A DNA stretch of 64,000 nt from Macrostomum lignano (taxonomy: Eukaryota): contig NIVC01001494.1 in NCBI GenBank assembly GCA_002269645.1, forward strand, positions 62,001 to 126,000, in the 5' to 3' direction. Shown one piece after another: positions 37,640 through 50,069 of this stretch. Position 1 is the first letter of the stretch. Every line of letters starts with the position of its first letter. Below the pieces are notes generated by a model. The model was not told the origin of the DNA. It worked only from the letters and a program-made list of their open reading frames with translations, and ran no database searches. Made by a program: the position numbers and the translations under genes.

Positions 37640-38800
37640 AAACCCTAATCCTGAGATCCCATCCCGATATCAGAAATCTTAACCTTGAGATCCCATCCCG
37701 ATACCAGGAATCCCAACCTTGAGATCCCAACCGGATATCAGAAACCCTAACCCTGACATCCTATCCAGATATCAGAAACCCTAATCCTGAGATCCCATCC
37801 CGATATCAGAAACCCTAATCCTGAGATCCCATCCCGATATCAGAAACCCTAACCCTGACATCCTATCCAGATATCAGAAACCCTAATCCTGAGATCCCAA
37901 CCCGATATCAGAAACCCTAATCCTGAGATCCCATCCCGATATCAGAAACCCTAATCCTGAGATCCCATCCCGATATCAGAAACCCTAATCCTGAGATCCC
38001 ATCCCGATATCAGAAACCCTAATCCTGAGATCCCATCCCGATATCAGAAACCCTAATCCTGAGATCCCATCCCGATATCAGAAACCCTAATCCTGAGATC
38101 CCATCCCGATATCAGAAACCCTAATCCTGAGATCCCATCCCGATATCAGAAACCCTAATCCTGAGATCCCAACCCGATATCAGAAACCCTAATCCTGAGA
38201 TCCCATCCCGATATCAGAAACCCTAATCCTGAGATCCCATCCCGATATCAGAAACCCTAATCCTGAGATCCCATCCCGATATCAGAAACCCTAATCCTGA
38301 GATCCCATCCCGATATCAGAAACCCTAATCCTGAGATCCCAACCCGATATCAGAAACCCTAATCCTGAGATCCCATCCCGATATCAGAAACCCTAATCCT
38401 GAGATCCCAACCCGATATCAGAAACCCTAATCCTGAGATCCCATCCCGATATCAGAAACCCTAATCCTGAGATCCCATCCCGATATCAGAAACCCTAATC
38501 CTGAGATCCCATCCCGATATCAGAAACCCTAATCCTGAGATCCCATCCCGATATCAGAAACCCTAATCCTGAGATCCCATCCCGATATCAGAAACCCTAA
38601 TCCTGAGATCCCATCCCGATATCAGAAACCCTAATCCTGAGATCTCATACCGATATCAGAAACCCTAATCCTGAGATCTCATCCCGATATCAGAAACCCT
38701 AACCCTGACATCCTATCCAGATATCAGGAGAATCCCAAGCTTTAGATCCCAACCCGATATCAGTAAATCTCAACCCTGAGATCCCATCCCGATATCAGGA
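37640..38800. repeat. 34-bp minisatellite 3' of SCaMC
   Basis: Unit GAGATCCCATCCCGATATCAGAAACCCTAATCCT, about 33 copies. Confidence 0.97.
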
Positions 38801-39519
38801 ATCCCAATCCTGTCAGTGGCCCGCGAGTCACCAGCTGTTTTGTTTCACAATTGCCGAACTGACCCATTCGAACAAAAATCACCGACTCAAGATTTGAAAG
38901 GCCCGCCGACAGCAACAGTTGCTATGCGAACAAATTTCATAGAAAAAAATATTTATAGTTTTGTTATACTGATTATTTACACTAACTGGCCCTTTTTACC
39001 GCATCCGCGCCTCGGTCCGCCTTCTCTGCTTTCAAGGTTGTTCAAAGTGCGGCCGGTTCCTCATGCAACTCTTGGCTGTGCCAACCCCCCTCCAACTGCT
39101 GAGCAACCGAAATTTTATTGCTTCCCTGCAAACTTTATTTTCGATTTTCGAACGCAGCCAACAGTTGGAAGTTTTCGTCTTCAAGTTTCTATAGAAATGT
39201 TTGTTGTTATGAATATTGCCGCCATTCACTGATGCTCTCGATCTGTGCTATATTTATGCAGATCTCATCTGCACTCAATTACCTTTTTCTGACCGCCATT
39301 TTTATTCTATTTAATCATTTTTCTGCGATCGTTTAAAGTTCGCTGAATTGCGAGTGTGAAAATATTATCTTCATCATTTTTCCTAATTAATTATTCATAT
39401 TACAAACGAAGACTAACCCAGCTATTTATATTTATATTCTAACTGTTAGCCAAGTTTTGCTCTTTATTCGATCTCAGAGAATTGTTTTTTTGCTTTCTTT
39501 AGTACTAATATTACGTAGT

Positions 39520-40105
39520 ATCCAGCAATGTGCACTGCAGCTACTAATAGTAGCTCTGTATCAATACACCCGGCAATTTGCACTGCAGCTACTAATAGTA
39601 GCTCAGTATCAATACACCCGACAATTTGCACTGCAGCTACTAATAGTAGCTCAGTATCAATACACCTGGCAATTTGCACTGCAGTTACTAATAGTAGCTC
39701 AGTATCAATACATCCGGCAATTTGCACTGCAGCTACTAATAGTAGCTCAGTATCAATACACCCGGCAATTTGCACTGCAGCTACTAATAGTAGCTCAGTA
39801 TCAATACACCCGGCAATTTGCACTGCAGCTACTAATAGTAGCTCAGTATCAATACACCCGGCAATTTGCACTGCAGCTACTAATAGTAGCTCAGTATCAA
39901 TACACCCGGCAATTTGCACTGCAGCTACTAATAGTAGCTCAGTATCAATACACCCGGCAATTTGCACTGCAGCTACTAATAGTAGCTCAGTATCAATACA
40001 CCCGACAATTTGCACTGCAGCTACTAATAGTAGCTCTGTATCAATACACCCAGCAATGTGCACTGCAGCTACTAATAGTAGCTCTGTATCAACACACCCG
40101 GCAAT
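39520..40105. repeat. 48-bp minisatellite with internal palindrome
   Basis: Unit GCAATTTGCACTGCAGCTACTAATAGTAGCTCAGTATCAATACACCCG, about 12 copies. Confidence 0.97.
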
Positions 40106-41671
40106 GTCTACAGACACATCAAAAGCCCTGAATAAATGTGCATGTAGGTCCGATACTGCGCTTTCTAGCTACTTATAGTAGGTGACTAGCAATAAAAGTG
40201 CATAGAATGTGTGCGTGCAGCATAGTTTATTCTCCTAATTCAAAGCACGGCCTGCAGCTGAGTCAAGTATTATTGCCTGTCCATCAAGCCCTGGCCAACG
40301 GGCACTCATTGCTGCTTTCCTGGCCAGCTCTCAGCTCTCACTCGCAGTTCAGCGCCTGCCTGCTCATTCGATCTCAAACCCAGACGGCCAGCGCCTGGCA
40401 ACTGCACTGCTAGCATCCAACGCCTAGCGATCAATGCATCTCATGACCTTTCCTGCATGCTTTGTGGGCCAAGGAATGATGGAGATGTGAGGCTGCAGAA
40501 ATTGAGAGGCAACTGTCTCAGCAGAAGTGCTTCTGGCCTTGAGAGTTGTGCGGGAGAGAGAGAGCTGCTCCCCACTCCGTATTATTAGCGATTGCAGCCC
40601 CATCATTCCTCGCCTCTCTCCCGATATATGCTGTTCGCTTGGGGGGGGGGAGCATCGCACGGGCACGGCTTCCCGCGGGAGTCGGGACTGCAGCAGAGGG
40701 GCGCTGCATGAGGCCGACCGGATCTGCAGGCTGCCATTCCTGCTTCTGTCTGGGGCATTCTGGGCAATGGGTTGAGTGACTTATCAAGTTAAGCTTAATA
40801 TGTTCTCCTTCGTGACTCACTGCACTGCCAATGCAGAACATAAAATGGAGGCTGCTGTAGTTCAGAGGCGAGAAGGAGACGGAGAGAGTGAAGGAGAGAG
40901 AAGGATGGAGAGGGAGAGGAGCGATGTCGAGATGCAGAGGATGCCGCAGACTGAGCTCCCCACGTTTGGCAGTGCAGAGCTGGCAGCAAATCCGCAATTC
41001 CCTCCAGCCCATGCACGCAGCTTCTCGCCAAGACTCCGCCCGCGCCCGGCTCGCCTTTCCGCACCGCGCCGCTCATTTTGCATTTCGCCCCGGCCCGGCC
41101 AGCGCTGGCGGCGGCCGACAGTCTCGGCCGCAGTCGCGAGGCGGCTGCTCTTTGAAGTGCCTTCCCCTCCCTCAGTGCCACCGTCCACCATCCCGCGGCC
41201 GTCTACGCAGAGGGTGAAGCATTAAGAGGGCGTTTTTTTAGCTGACCGGAATTCCCGGCCCCGTCCTGTCGTCCCCATGTCTCCCGCATCGCAGCAAATC
41301 GAATTCCCAGCAATCGCTTTGCTCTCATGGCTAATCAGATTCCCGCCGGCTCCATCGCTCGACCGGCCGCGTCTCATCGGACTCCGCGGACCGCAGAATC
41401 TGCCGCTTGCGCTTTCAGGACTTCAGATTGGACCCCGGGGAGCTCGGCGATTGAACAGCCGATTGAAATTTATATGCAATTCGACTGACATTGGGTGTAG
41501 TGGCGGACTTGAATACTGATGGGGTAAGTGGACAGCATTTAAGGACGAAATTAAATGAGCAGAGTGATATAGGCTAAGGGACGTAGGCTGAGTGACATGG
41601 ACAGAGTGACAGACAGAGTGACATAGGCTGAGTGACATGGACAAAATATCAAAGAAGTCGCATTGGCAGAG

Positions 41672-41865
41672 ACAGAGCAGCTCAGTGGTTAGCGAGCCTG
41701 ACTCTCGCTCCAGAGTACCCCGGGTTCGATTCCGTGTACCGTCACATCAATCTGGGACTCGTGATTCTCTCGTCTATGAGGACGAGACCCCAAGGCGCAG
41801 AGTGTATTTGCCCGACAGGCTGTACACCCCGTGTGAGCGCCTGTCTGCGTACGCATTCGTGTGCT
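41672..41865 (+). mobile_element. tRNA-derived SINE-like element
   Basis: A-box AGCTCAGTGG (41679) and B-box GGTTCGATTCC (41723); the body ACCCCAAGGCGCAGAGTGTATTTGCCCGACAGG is shared with the copy at 60.4-60.6 kb. Confidence 0.7.
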
Positions 41866-42600
41866 CTAGATCATAGAATCAGACTTCTAGATCATAGATC
41901 AGACTTCTAGATCATAGAATCAGACTTCTAGATCATAGAATCAGACTTCTAGATCATAGAATCAGACTTCTAGATCATAGAATCAGACTTCTAGATCATA
42001 GAATCAGACTTCTAGATCATAGAATCAGACTTCTAGATCATAGAATCAGACTTCTAGATCATAGAATCAGACTTCTAGATCATAGAATCAGACTTCTAGA
42101 TCATCGAATCAGACTTCTAGATCATAGAATCAGACTTCTAGATCATCGAATCAGACTTCTAGATCATAGAATCAGACTTCTAGATCATCGAATCAGACTT
42201 CTAGATCATAGAATCAGACTTCTAGATTATAGAATCAGACTTCTAGATCATAAAATCAGACTTCTAGATCATAGAATCAGACTTCTAGAGCATAGAATCA
42301 GACTTCTAGATCATAGAATCAGACTTCTAGATCATAGAATCAGACTCTAGAGCATAGAATCAGACTTCTAGAGCATAGAAACAGACTTCTAGAGCATAGA
42401 ATCAGACTTCTAGAGCATAGAAACAGACTTCTAGATCATAGAATCAGACTCTAGAGCATAGAATCAGACTTCTAGAGCATAGAAACAGACTTCTAGAGCA
42501 TAGAATCAGACTTCTAGAGCATAGAAACAGACTTCTAGAGCATAGAATCAGACTTCTAGAGCATAGAATCCGACTTCTAGATCATAGAATCGAGAAGACT
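41865..42600. repeat. 21-bp minisatellite
   Basis: Unit AGACTTCTAGATCATAGAATC, about 35 copies, directly abutting the SINE. Confidence 0.95.
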
Positions 42601-43109
42601 TCTAGCAGCATGCATCGCAGGGGCCAGCAAGACATGAATTGTTAATAGACAAAAACGCTCTACCCGCTACCCACAAGCTGGCGGGGTTCGACGCACGCAG
42701 CCTTCACAGATCTGTGCATCGCTCAGTGCCGCTCCCAAGGCCTGCTATGTTCTCTTCTATCGGTACTGTATACTCCTGTCTTCTGCTTCCTTCGCCCAGA
42801 TTTCTGCTTTCAATAACCAGCCGTCCTGCCGGCCCACCGGGTGCAGGGCTGGCCAGAGGCACAAAGATGAAAGAAGAGCGGCCTCGGATTTGCAAAGGCA
42901 AAGCCTCCTCTGCCTCTTCCTGACTGAGCAGAGGGAAATGCAGCGAGCAGCGGATCAGAGGCAGCCAACTGGCTCTCTGTGCGGCCCTTTGGCTCGGATT
43001 TAAATATCACTATAATGGCTTTGAAGGGAGCCCTCGTGGGGACAGACTTTTTCAAAATGCTTTTGTTAGGGGCACAGGAATTTCTTATTTACTTTTGGCA
43101 TGTTTGCTG

Positions 43110-43420
43110 CAAACGGCAGCAGGAAGGGCTCTGATTGGCTGGGCGTATTTATTTCCATAGACTGCAGAAGGAAGAGCTCTGATTGGCTGGACGTATTTTC
43201 ATAGACTGCAGAAGGAAGAGCTCTGATTGGCTGGGTGTATTTCCATAGACTGCAACAGGAAGGGCTCTGATTGGCTGGGCGTATTTTCATAGACTGCAGA
43301 AGGAAGAGCTCTGATTGGCTGGGCGTATTTTCATAGACTGCATCAAGAAGGGCTCTGATTGGCTGGGCGTATTTCACCATAGACTGCAGCAGTCAGGGCC
43401 CTGGTTGGCTGGGCGCATTT
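43110..43420. repeat. 44-bp repeat carrying CCAAT boxes
   Basis: Six intact CTGATTGGCTG (= CAGCCAATCAG) plus one degenerate unit. Confidence 0.85.
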
Positions 43421-43824
43421 CACCATAGGATACAGGAATTCGTTTTTTGCTTGGCTGATTTGCAGTGAAAAAATTGTCAAAGTAACGCGGGGACATCAGT
43501 AGTTCATATTTTATATATTTGAACAGTCGCTATTATTGTACGTAAAAATATCGATTTTTCAAAACGTTTAATTTTTAATTGCCGCTGCATCGCGACTTGG
43601 GTAATTATACAGAAAAGCAACATTGCGCAGGCATGCGAATGCAGGGTACAGTACGGATTAACGCAGTGACTGGGCGAGTTTTCATAGCTCTGCTCTCATC
43701 AGCGCCTACAACTGGAGTGTCAGCTGTGGTTCATTCGATGTTGAAAATATTTATGGGGCCGGAAGTGAACGTGCAGCCCAGGTTGATTCTCCGTCTTGCC
43801 TGTGGTAGGTTTTTACCTCCGCCA

Positions 43825-46800
43825 TCAGTGATGATGGTGCAGCTCCACCCCCAGCGGGTGCCACACTGTGTGTGTCTGGTAGGGCATCTTGATGGCCGCC
43901 TCCCAGTGCGTCCACCGCTCCCCGCTGCACTTGTTGCCGAGCCGCAGGGCGCCTGGGATTGCGAAGGTGCGGGGAATTCGCGTTCGATTTCTGGTGTACA
44001 CAGCCCCCCTGCACACTGACACACTCTGCCCCAGGTGTACACAGCCCCCCCTGCACACTGACATACTCTGCCCCAGGTGTACACAGCCCCCCTGCACACT
44101 GACATACTCTGCCCCAGGTGTACACAGCCCCCCCTGCACACTGACATACTCTGCCCCAGGTGTACACAGCCCCAGGTGCACACACCCTTTGCCCTGACTC
44201 ACCGATAAAGTCATTCTTGGCGCCGAAGTCTTTGTCCCACACGGTGATCTCCAGGGTCTTCAACGGCAGCTCCTGAGGCGACACGCTGAACAGGAAATCC
44301 TGCGGGAGAGTGAACGAGCCAGCTAGTGATCACTGATGAGCACCCGGACTCAAATATCAGATCACGGCGGGGTACCTCATTGAACTCCGGGTTCAGGGTT
44401 TTCTTCTTGACGGCAGTTTTGAATTTCCCGTTCCGGTTGCGGTCGGGCCGGAGGAACCTGCGGAGGCGCGGGCGGGCTGTGCAAAGTAGGGCAGCAAGCT
44501 TTGTTTCTAAGAAAGTTTTTAAAGGCTGGATTTACGCGAAAAAGCAGATCGCCTTTTCTAGCTACGCTTTTGAAAATTGAAGGCTTCAACTTTTAGTTAC
44601 AGAGAGGAAGGCGCGTCAACAGCTGCCTGACATGCCCGGCAATAATTAAGAAGGAGCAGACAGCGCTGCAATGCAGATGCAGGGTCGCTTCCTCAAGCCC
44701 AAAAAGTCTGGCTCAAAACTTCACGACACCCACTTTGTGAACTGGCCCTGGAGTCTGCGTATGCAGAGAAGCTAAAGAAATACTTTAGTGGGCCTCAGAT
44801 GGCGGCTTGTGTGCGCATCGGGGCGCGGCCCATCAGCGCGAATCGCTCAGCTCACTGAAACAGCTGGTAAGATGCCTGCTTTGCATTCCTGCCGCGAATT
44901 CCAGCTGCCCTTTTCTCGAGGATGAGGCGGAGAGGCTGGGCTCCGTCTCCTCACTCTCTCTTCACCCGCCTCCGTGTCGCGGTCAAAGCTTGGAGGCATG
45001 CGGGCGGCATCGCCCCTGCCCCCTGCCCCCTTCCCCTGGCATCTTCCCCTGCCCTCTGCCCCCTTTCCCTGCCATCTTCCCCTGCCCCCTGCCCCCTTCC
45101 CCTGCCATCTTCCCCTGCCCCCTGCCCCCTTCCCCTGGCATCTTCCCCTGCCCCTGCCCCTTCCCCTGCCATCTTCCCCTGCCCCCCCTGCCATCTTCCC
45201 CTGCCCCTGGCATCTTCCCCTGCCCCCCTGCCCCTTCCCCTGCCATCTTCCCCTGCCCCTGCCCCTTCCCCTGCCATCTTCCCCTGCCCCCTTCCCCTAC
45301 CATCTTGCCCTGCCCCTGCCCCTGCTATCTTCCCCTGCCCCCTTCCCCTACCATCTTCCCCTGCCCCCTTCCCCTGCCATCTTCCCCTGCCCCCTGCCCC
45401 TCCGAGTCCCTAACGAGGCGGCGCGGTACTCACAGCTTCACGAAGGGGTCGCTGTAGCCGTTGGGGTCCATGGCCAGCAGGCCCACGCACTGGATGACCT
45501 TCACAGTCAGCTCGCTCTTGGCCGGTGCATAAAACAGGCCGATCTGGATCTTGCCGCGGTCGCAGGCCTGCGCGGTGAGCGACTTCTCCAGCTCCTGCCA
45601 GGCGTGGGGGGGCTTGCATCTCATTGCTTTTCTCCCTGCAACCCAATCTGCTCCCTTCTGTTTTCTGTCCCACTTTCACCAGAGAGATGGTCGTCTGGAG
45701 CGGAGCGCCTTCGCCACCCATTTAATAACTATAAAGTGATAAATTGGATCTCAACATCCCTGCATCCCTGCATCCCTGCATCCCTGCATCCCTGCATCCC
45801 TGCATCCCTGCATCCCTGCATCCCTGCATCCCTGCATCCCTGCATCCCTGCATCCCTGCATCTCTGCATTCCTGCATTACTTCATTGCTGTGTCCCTGCA
45901 TCCCTGCATCTCTGCATTTCTGCATTACTTCATTGCTGTGTCCCTGAATCCCTGCATCCCTGCATCTCTGCATTCCTGCATTACTTCATTGCTGTGTCCC
46001 TGCATCCCTGCATCCCTGCATCTCTGCATTCCTGCATTACTTCATTGCTGTGTCCCTGCATCCCTGCATCCCTGCATCCCTGCATCTCTGCATTCCTGCA
46101 TTACTTCATTGCTGTGTCCCTGCATCCCTGCATCCCTGCATCTCTGCATTCCTGCATTACTTCATTGCTGTGTCCCTGCATCCCTGCATCCCTGCATCTC
46201 TGCATTCCTGCATTACTTCATTGCTGTGTCCCTGCATCCCTGCATCCCTGCATCTCTGCATTCCTGCATTACTTCATTGCTGTGTCCCTGCATCCCTGCA
46301 TCCCTGCATCTCTGCATTCCTGCATTACTTCATTGCTGTGTCCCTGCATCCCTGCATCCCTGCATCCCTGCATTCCTGCATTACTTCATTGCTGTGTCCC
46401 TGCATCCCTGCATCATATTTTTGCTAGTTTTCGCTCCAACTCTACACTTTCCAGTCAGGGGCTCGGGCTGCAAGGCCGGATCGGTGCGGAGGCGGCCGGA
46501 CTCTTAGCCGCTAAAAATAAGAGGACTTGGCCGGGGAGAAAGTTAAGAACTCACACCGACTTCTTCAGCCAAGAAGAAATCCCACAAGCTCAGTCAGGCA
46601 GCGGATACATATGGGGGGCTGTTTCCCTACTAACACAGCCAAGGACCGCGACCGATTCCCCCAGGCGAGAGCTGGGCCGGATGCCGGGCCGCTCTCTGAT
46701 TCGAGGGGCAAATTCATCGATTGGGTCGGAGAGTGCAGGCGGCTGAGATGAGGCGGGGGGAAGAAACGAATGAAATAGTGGGGGAGAAAGGATGGGAAGA

Positions 46801-49800
46801 GAGATGAGTGACAGAAGAGACACGGGAGGGAAAGAAAATAGAAAGACCAGGGCGTGAGAGCGAGACAACAGTGAGACAGGAGAGATTAGATTGAAACAGG
46901 AGAGATTAGAGTGAGACAGGAGAGATTAGAGTGAGATAGGAGAGATTAGAGTGAAACAGGAGAGATTAGAGTAAGACGGGAGAGAGTACATTGAGACAGG
47001 AAAGATTAGACTGAGACTGGAGAGATTAGAGTGCGATATGAGAGATTAAAGTGAGACAGGAGAGATTAGATTGAAACAGGAGAGATTAGAGTGAGACAGG
47101 AGAGATTAGAGTGAGATAGGAGAGATTAGAGTGAAACAGGAGAGATTAGAGTAAGACGGGAGAGAGTAAATTGAGACAGGAAAGATTAGACTGAGACTGG
47201 AGAGATTAGAGTGCGATATGAGAGATTAAAGTGAGACAGGAGAGATTAGATTGAGACAGGAGAGATTAGATTGAAACAGGAGAGATTAGAGTGAGATAGG
47301 AGAGATTAGAGTGAGACAGGAGAGATTAGATTGAGACAGGAGAGATTAGAGTGAGATAGGAGAGATTAGAGTGAGACAGGAGAGATTAGATTGAGACAGG
47401 AGAGATTAGAGTGAGATAGGAGAGATTAGAGTGAGACAGGAGAGATTAGATTGAGACAGGAGAGATTAGAGTGAGAAAGAAGAGATTAGAGTGAGCAGGA
47501 GAGATAAGATTGCTCAAAGAAACCACGCAGCAACGAGAGTGAGATGAGAGTGGGCGCTGCCGGTCTGCCTGCACCGGAAGCTGAGCAGTGAGTCCCAGCT
47601 CAGCCAGCGCCATCTGTGCAGCCGCATCCCCCCAGGGCTACCTCATTCTTGGGCTGCAGGTGAACAGCGTAGCACTCCTTCCGGCCGTGGGCCAGCTGCC
47701 TGAGGGGGAACACGACCTCCCCCATCCAGTCGTAGCCGATGGTGTCCTCGTCCAGCACCGTGAGCCTGCGGGTCGGCGGAATTGTCGCGAGGGAGGTGAG
47801 AGGAAGTTTCTTGGTGATGAAGATTGTGAGGCTGAATCCCCGTCGCGTACTTTTGAATCCCAAATAAAGATAAGTTAAAAAGATTCTCGGAGCTCAAAGT
47901 CGATAAATGCACTGGATGACCCAGCCTGGTGCTGCGAACTGATCATCTGTTTGATCACTGGCTGCGCACTGGGGGGGGGGGTAGAGAATCTATTAGATAA
48001 CTGGATTAGTGGTCCATGGACTGCTTTAGCGATGTGTGGACTTTCAGGCAATTCTGACTGCAAATCCGTGAATAATATAGCGACTCATGATCTTTGTTAC
48101 GGCTAGTCTTGCAATCCATGAACTAGTCTAGCAATCCATGAACTAGTCTTGCAATCCATGAACAATACTCGCAATCCATGAACTATACTCGCAATCCATG
48201 AACTAGACTAGCAATCCTTGAACTAGACTAGCAATCCATGAACTAGATTAGCAATCCTTGAACTAAATTAGCAATCCTTAAACTAGTCTTAAACTAGCTA
48301 GATTAGCAATCCTTGAGCTAGATTAGCAATCCTTGAGCTAGATTAGCAATCCTTGAGCTAGATTAGCAATCCTTGAGCTAGATTAGCAATCCTTGAACTA
48401 GACTCGCAATCCCTGAACTGGACCATCATCCATGGGCAGTATTAGCCAGCAGAGCTCGCATGAACTCGCTGGAGCGCCCCGGCCCCGTCCGCCTGCCTCA
48501 AGTTCTTCTTCTCCAGGTCTGCGGGCAGGACGCCGCTGTAGCAGAACTCCTCGTCCCAGATGGGGCTGAGCGTCCGGTGGCAGGTGCGGGTGCGCAGCTT
48601 GGTGCCCTTGCCCGTGTCCGGCAGCAGGTGGATCTTCACGTACGGATCGGACAGCCCGTTCGAGTCCTGGGCCGTCATGCCGGTGCCTTTGATGATGCGG
48701 ATGTACAGTGCCGAGTTCGCGATCAGGTACTGCAGGGCGAAGTGCACCTGGCCCAGCTGCCGGTTAGGAAAATGCGACTCCAGCTTCATCCGCTGCAACT
48801 CCTGCAGTTGCTGCTGCTGTTGTTGCAGCTCTTGCTGCTCCTTCTGCTCCTGCTGCTGCAGCTGCGCCTCGTCGGGAGTTTGCGTGTATTCCGAGATCGA
48901 CTCCTTCTTGACGGACTTGGCTGACGCTGTGGGTGTTGGGTTTCCTGTCTATTCAGGTCGAGGTCAATTCGGGTCGAGGTCAATTCGGGTCGAGGTCAAC
49001 TCTGGTCGAGGTCAATTCGGGTCGAGGTTAATTCGGGTCGAGTTCAATTCGGGTCGAGTTCAATTCAGGTCGAGGTTAATTCGGGTCGAGTTCAATTCGG
49101 GTCGAAGTCAATTCGGGTCGAGGTCAATTCGGGTCGAGGTTAATTCGGGTCGAGGTCAATTCAGGTCGAGGTCAATTCAGGTCGAGGTCAATTCGGGTCG
49201 AGGTCAATTCGGGTCGAGGTCAACTGGGGTCGGGGTCAATTCGGGTCGAGGTCAATTGGGTCGAGGTCAATTGGGGTCGAGGTCAATTCGGCTCGAGGTC
49301 AATTCGGGTCGAGGTCAATTCAGGTCGAGGTCAACTCTGGTCGAGGTCAATTCGGGTCGAGGTTAATTCGGGTCGAGTTCAATTCGGGTCGAGTTCAATT
49401 CAGGTCGAGGTTAATTCGGGTCGAGTTCAATTCGGGTCGAAGTCAATTCGGGTCGAGGTCAATTCGGGTCGAGGTTAATTCGGGTCGAGGTCAATTCAGG
49501 TCGAGGTCAATTCAGGTCGAGGTCAATTCGGGTCGAGGTTAATTCGGGTCGAGTTCAATTCGGGTCGAAGTCAATTCGGGTCGAGGTCAATTCGGGTCGA
49601 GGTCAACTCTGGTCGAGGTCAATTCGGGTCGAGGTCAACTGGGGTCGAGGTCAATTGGGTCGATGTCAATTGGGTCGAGGTCAATTCGGGTCGAGGTCAA
49701 TTCGGGTCAAGGTCAATTCGGGTCGAGGTCAATTGGGGTCGAGGTAAATTCGGGTTGAGGTCAATTCGGGTCAAGGTCAATTCGGGTCGAGGTCAATCCA

Positions 49801-50069
49801 GTCGGTGCCAAATCAAGTCAGGTGCTGAGCAATCGCCACTCTATTTCAGCTTCATCAAAACGGCTCACACTTTCGCGACAAAGACCCGGCCGCCAGCTCC
49901 TCGGCCGCCTCTTTGCGAGCGGGCTCCGGCGGCTCCCCTGCGTCAGTCGCTCCGTAGTTCGTGTAGCCGCCCGCGGGCTGCCGACTGCCGCCCGCTGCTG
50001 CTCGCGCCGGGCCTGCGGATGGCGGGCGGAGTCTGTGCGAGTGGGGCTTCCCAAAGTGCCTGACGTCAT
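43825..50069 (-). CDS. DOC2/RPH3A: Doc2/rabphilin-like tandem C2-domain protein (5' end uncertain)
   Basis: Exons 48948-48497 (Q-rich, C2A: AQDSNGLSDPYVKIHLLP; GC donor), 47765-47642 (LDEDTIGYD), 45594-45434 (AMDPNGYSDPFVK), 44457-44376 (KTAVKKKTLNPEFNE), 44299-44203 (WDKDFGAKNDFIG) and 43952-43825. Frames are continuous. Candidate first coding exon 50069-49869 gives about 414 aa. Confidence 0.9.
44000..44175. repeat. About 41-bp minisatellite in last Doc2-like intron
   Basis: Unit CCCAGGTGTACACAGCCCCC...TGCACACTGACATACTCTGC, about 4 copies. Confidence 0.85.
45015..45395. repeat. C-rich low-complexity repeat (CCCCTGC / CATCTT)
   Basis: Direct reading; intronic. Confidence 0.9.
45755..46410. 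repeat. 8-bp repeat (CCTGCATC) with higher-order 48-56-bp structure
   Basis: Direct reading; intronic. Confidence 0.9.
46870..47510. repeat. 20-bp purine-rich repeat (GAGAGATTAGAGTGAGACAG)
   Basis: Direct reading; intronic. Confidence 0.95.
48110..48420. repeat. 20-bp repeat (GCAATCC(A/T)TGAACTAGA..)
   Basis: Direct reading; intronic. Confidence 0.9.
48955..49800. repeat. 16-bp repeat (GGGTCGAGGTCAATTC)
   Basis: About 52 variant units; intronic. Confidence 0.95.

Noticed and set aside
37640-38800. Interstitial telomere (CCCTAA in each unit)
   Set aside because: Only one hexamer per 34-bp unit; no (TTAGGG)n run.
41672-41745. tRNA gene
   Set aside because: A and B boxes are present but the acceptor stem does not pair; a shared downstream body indicates a SINE.
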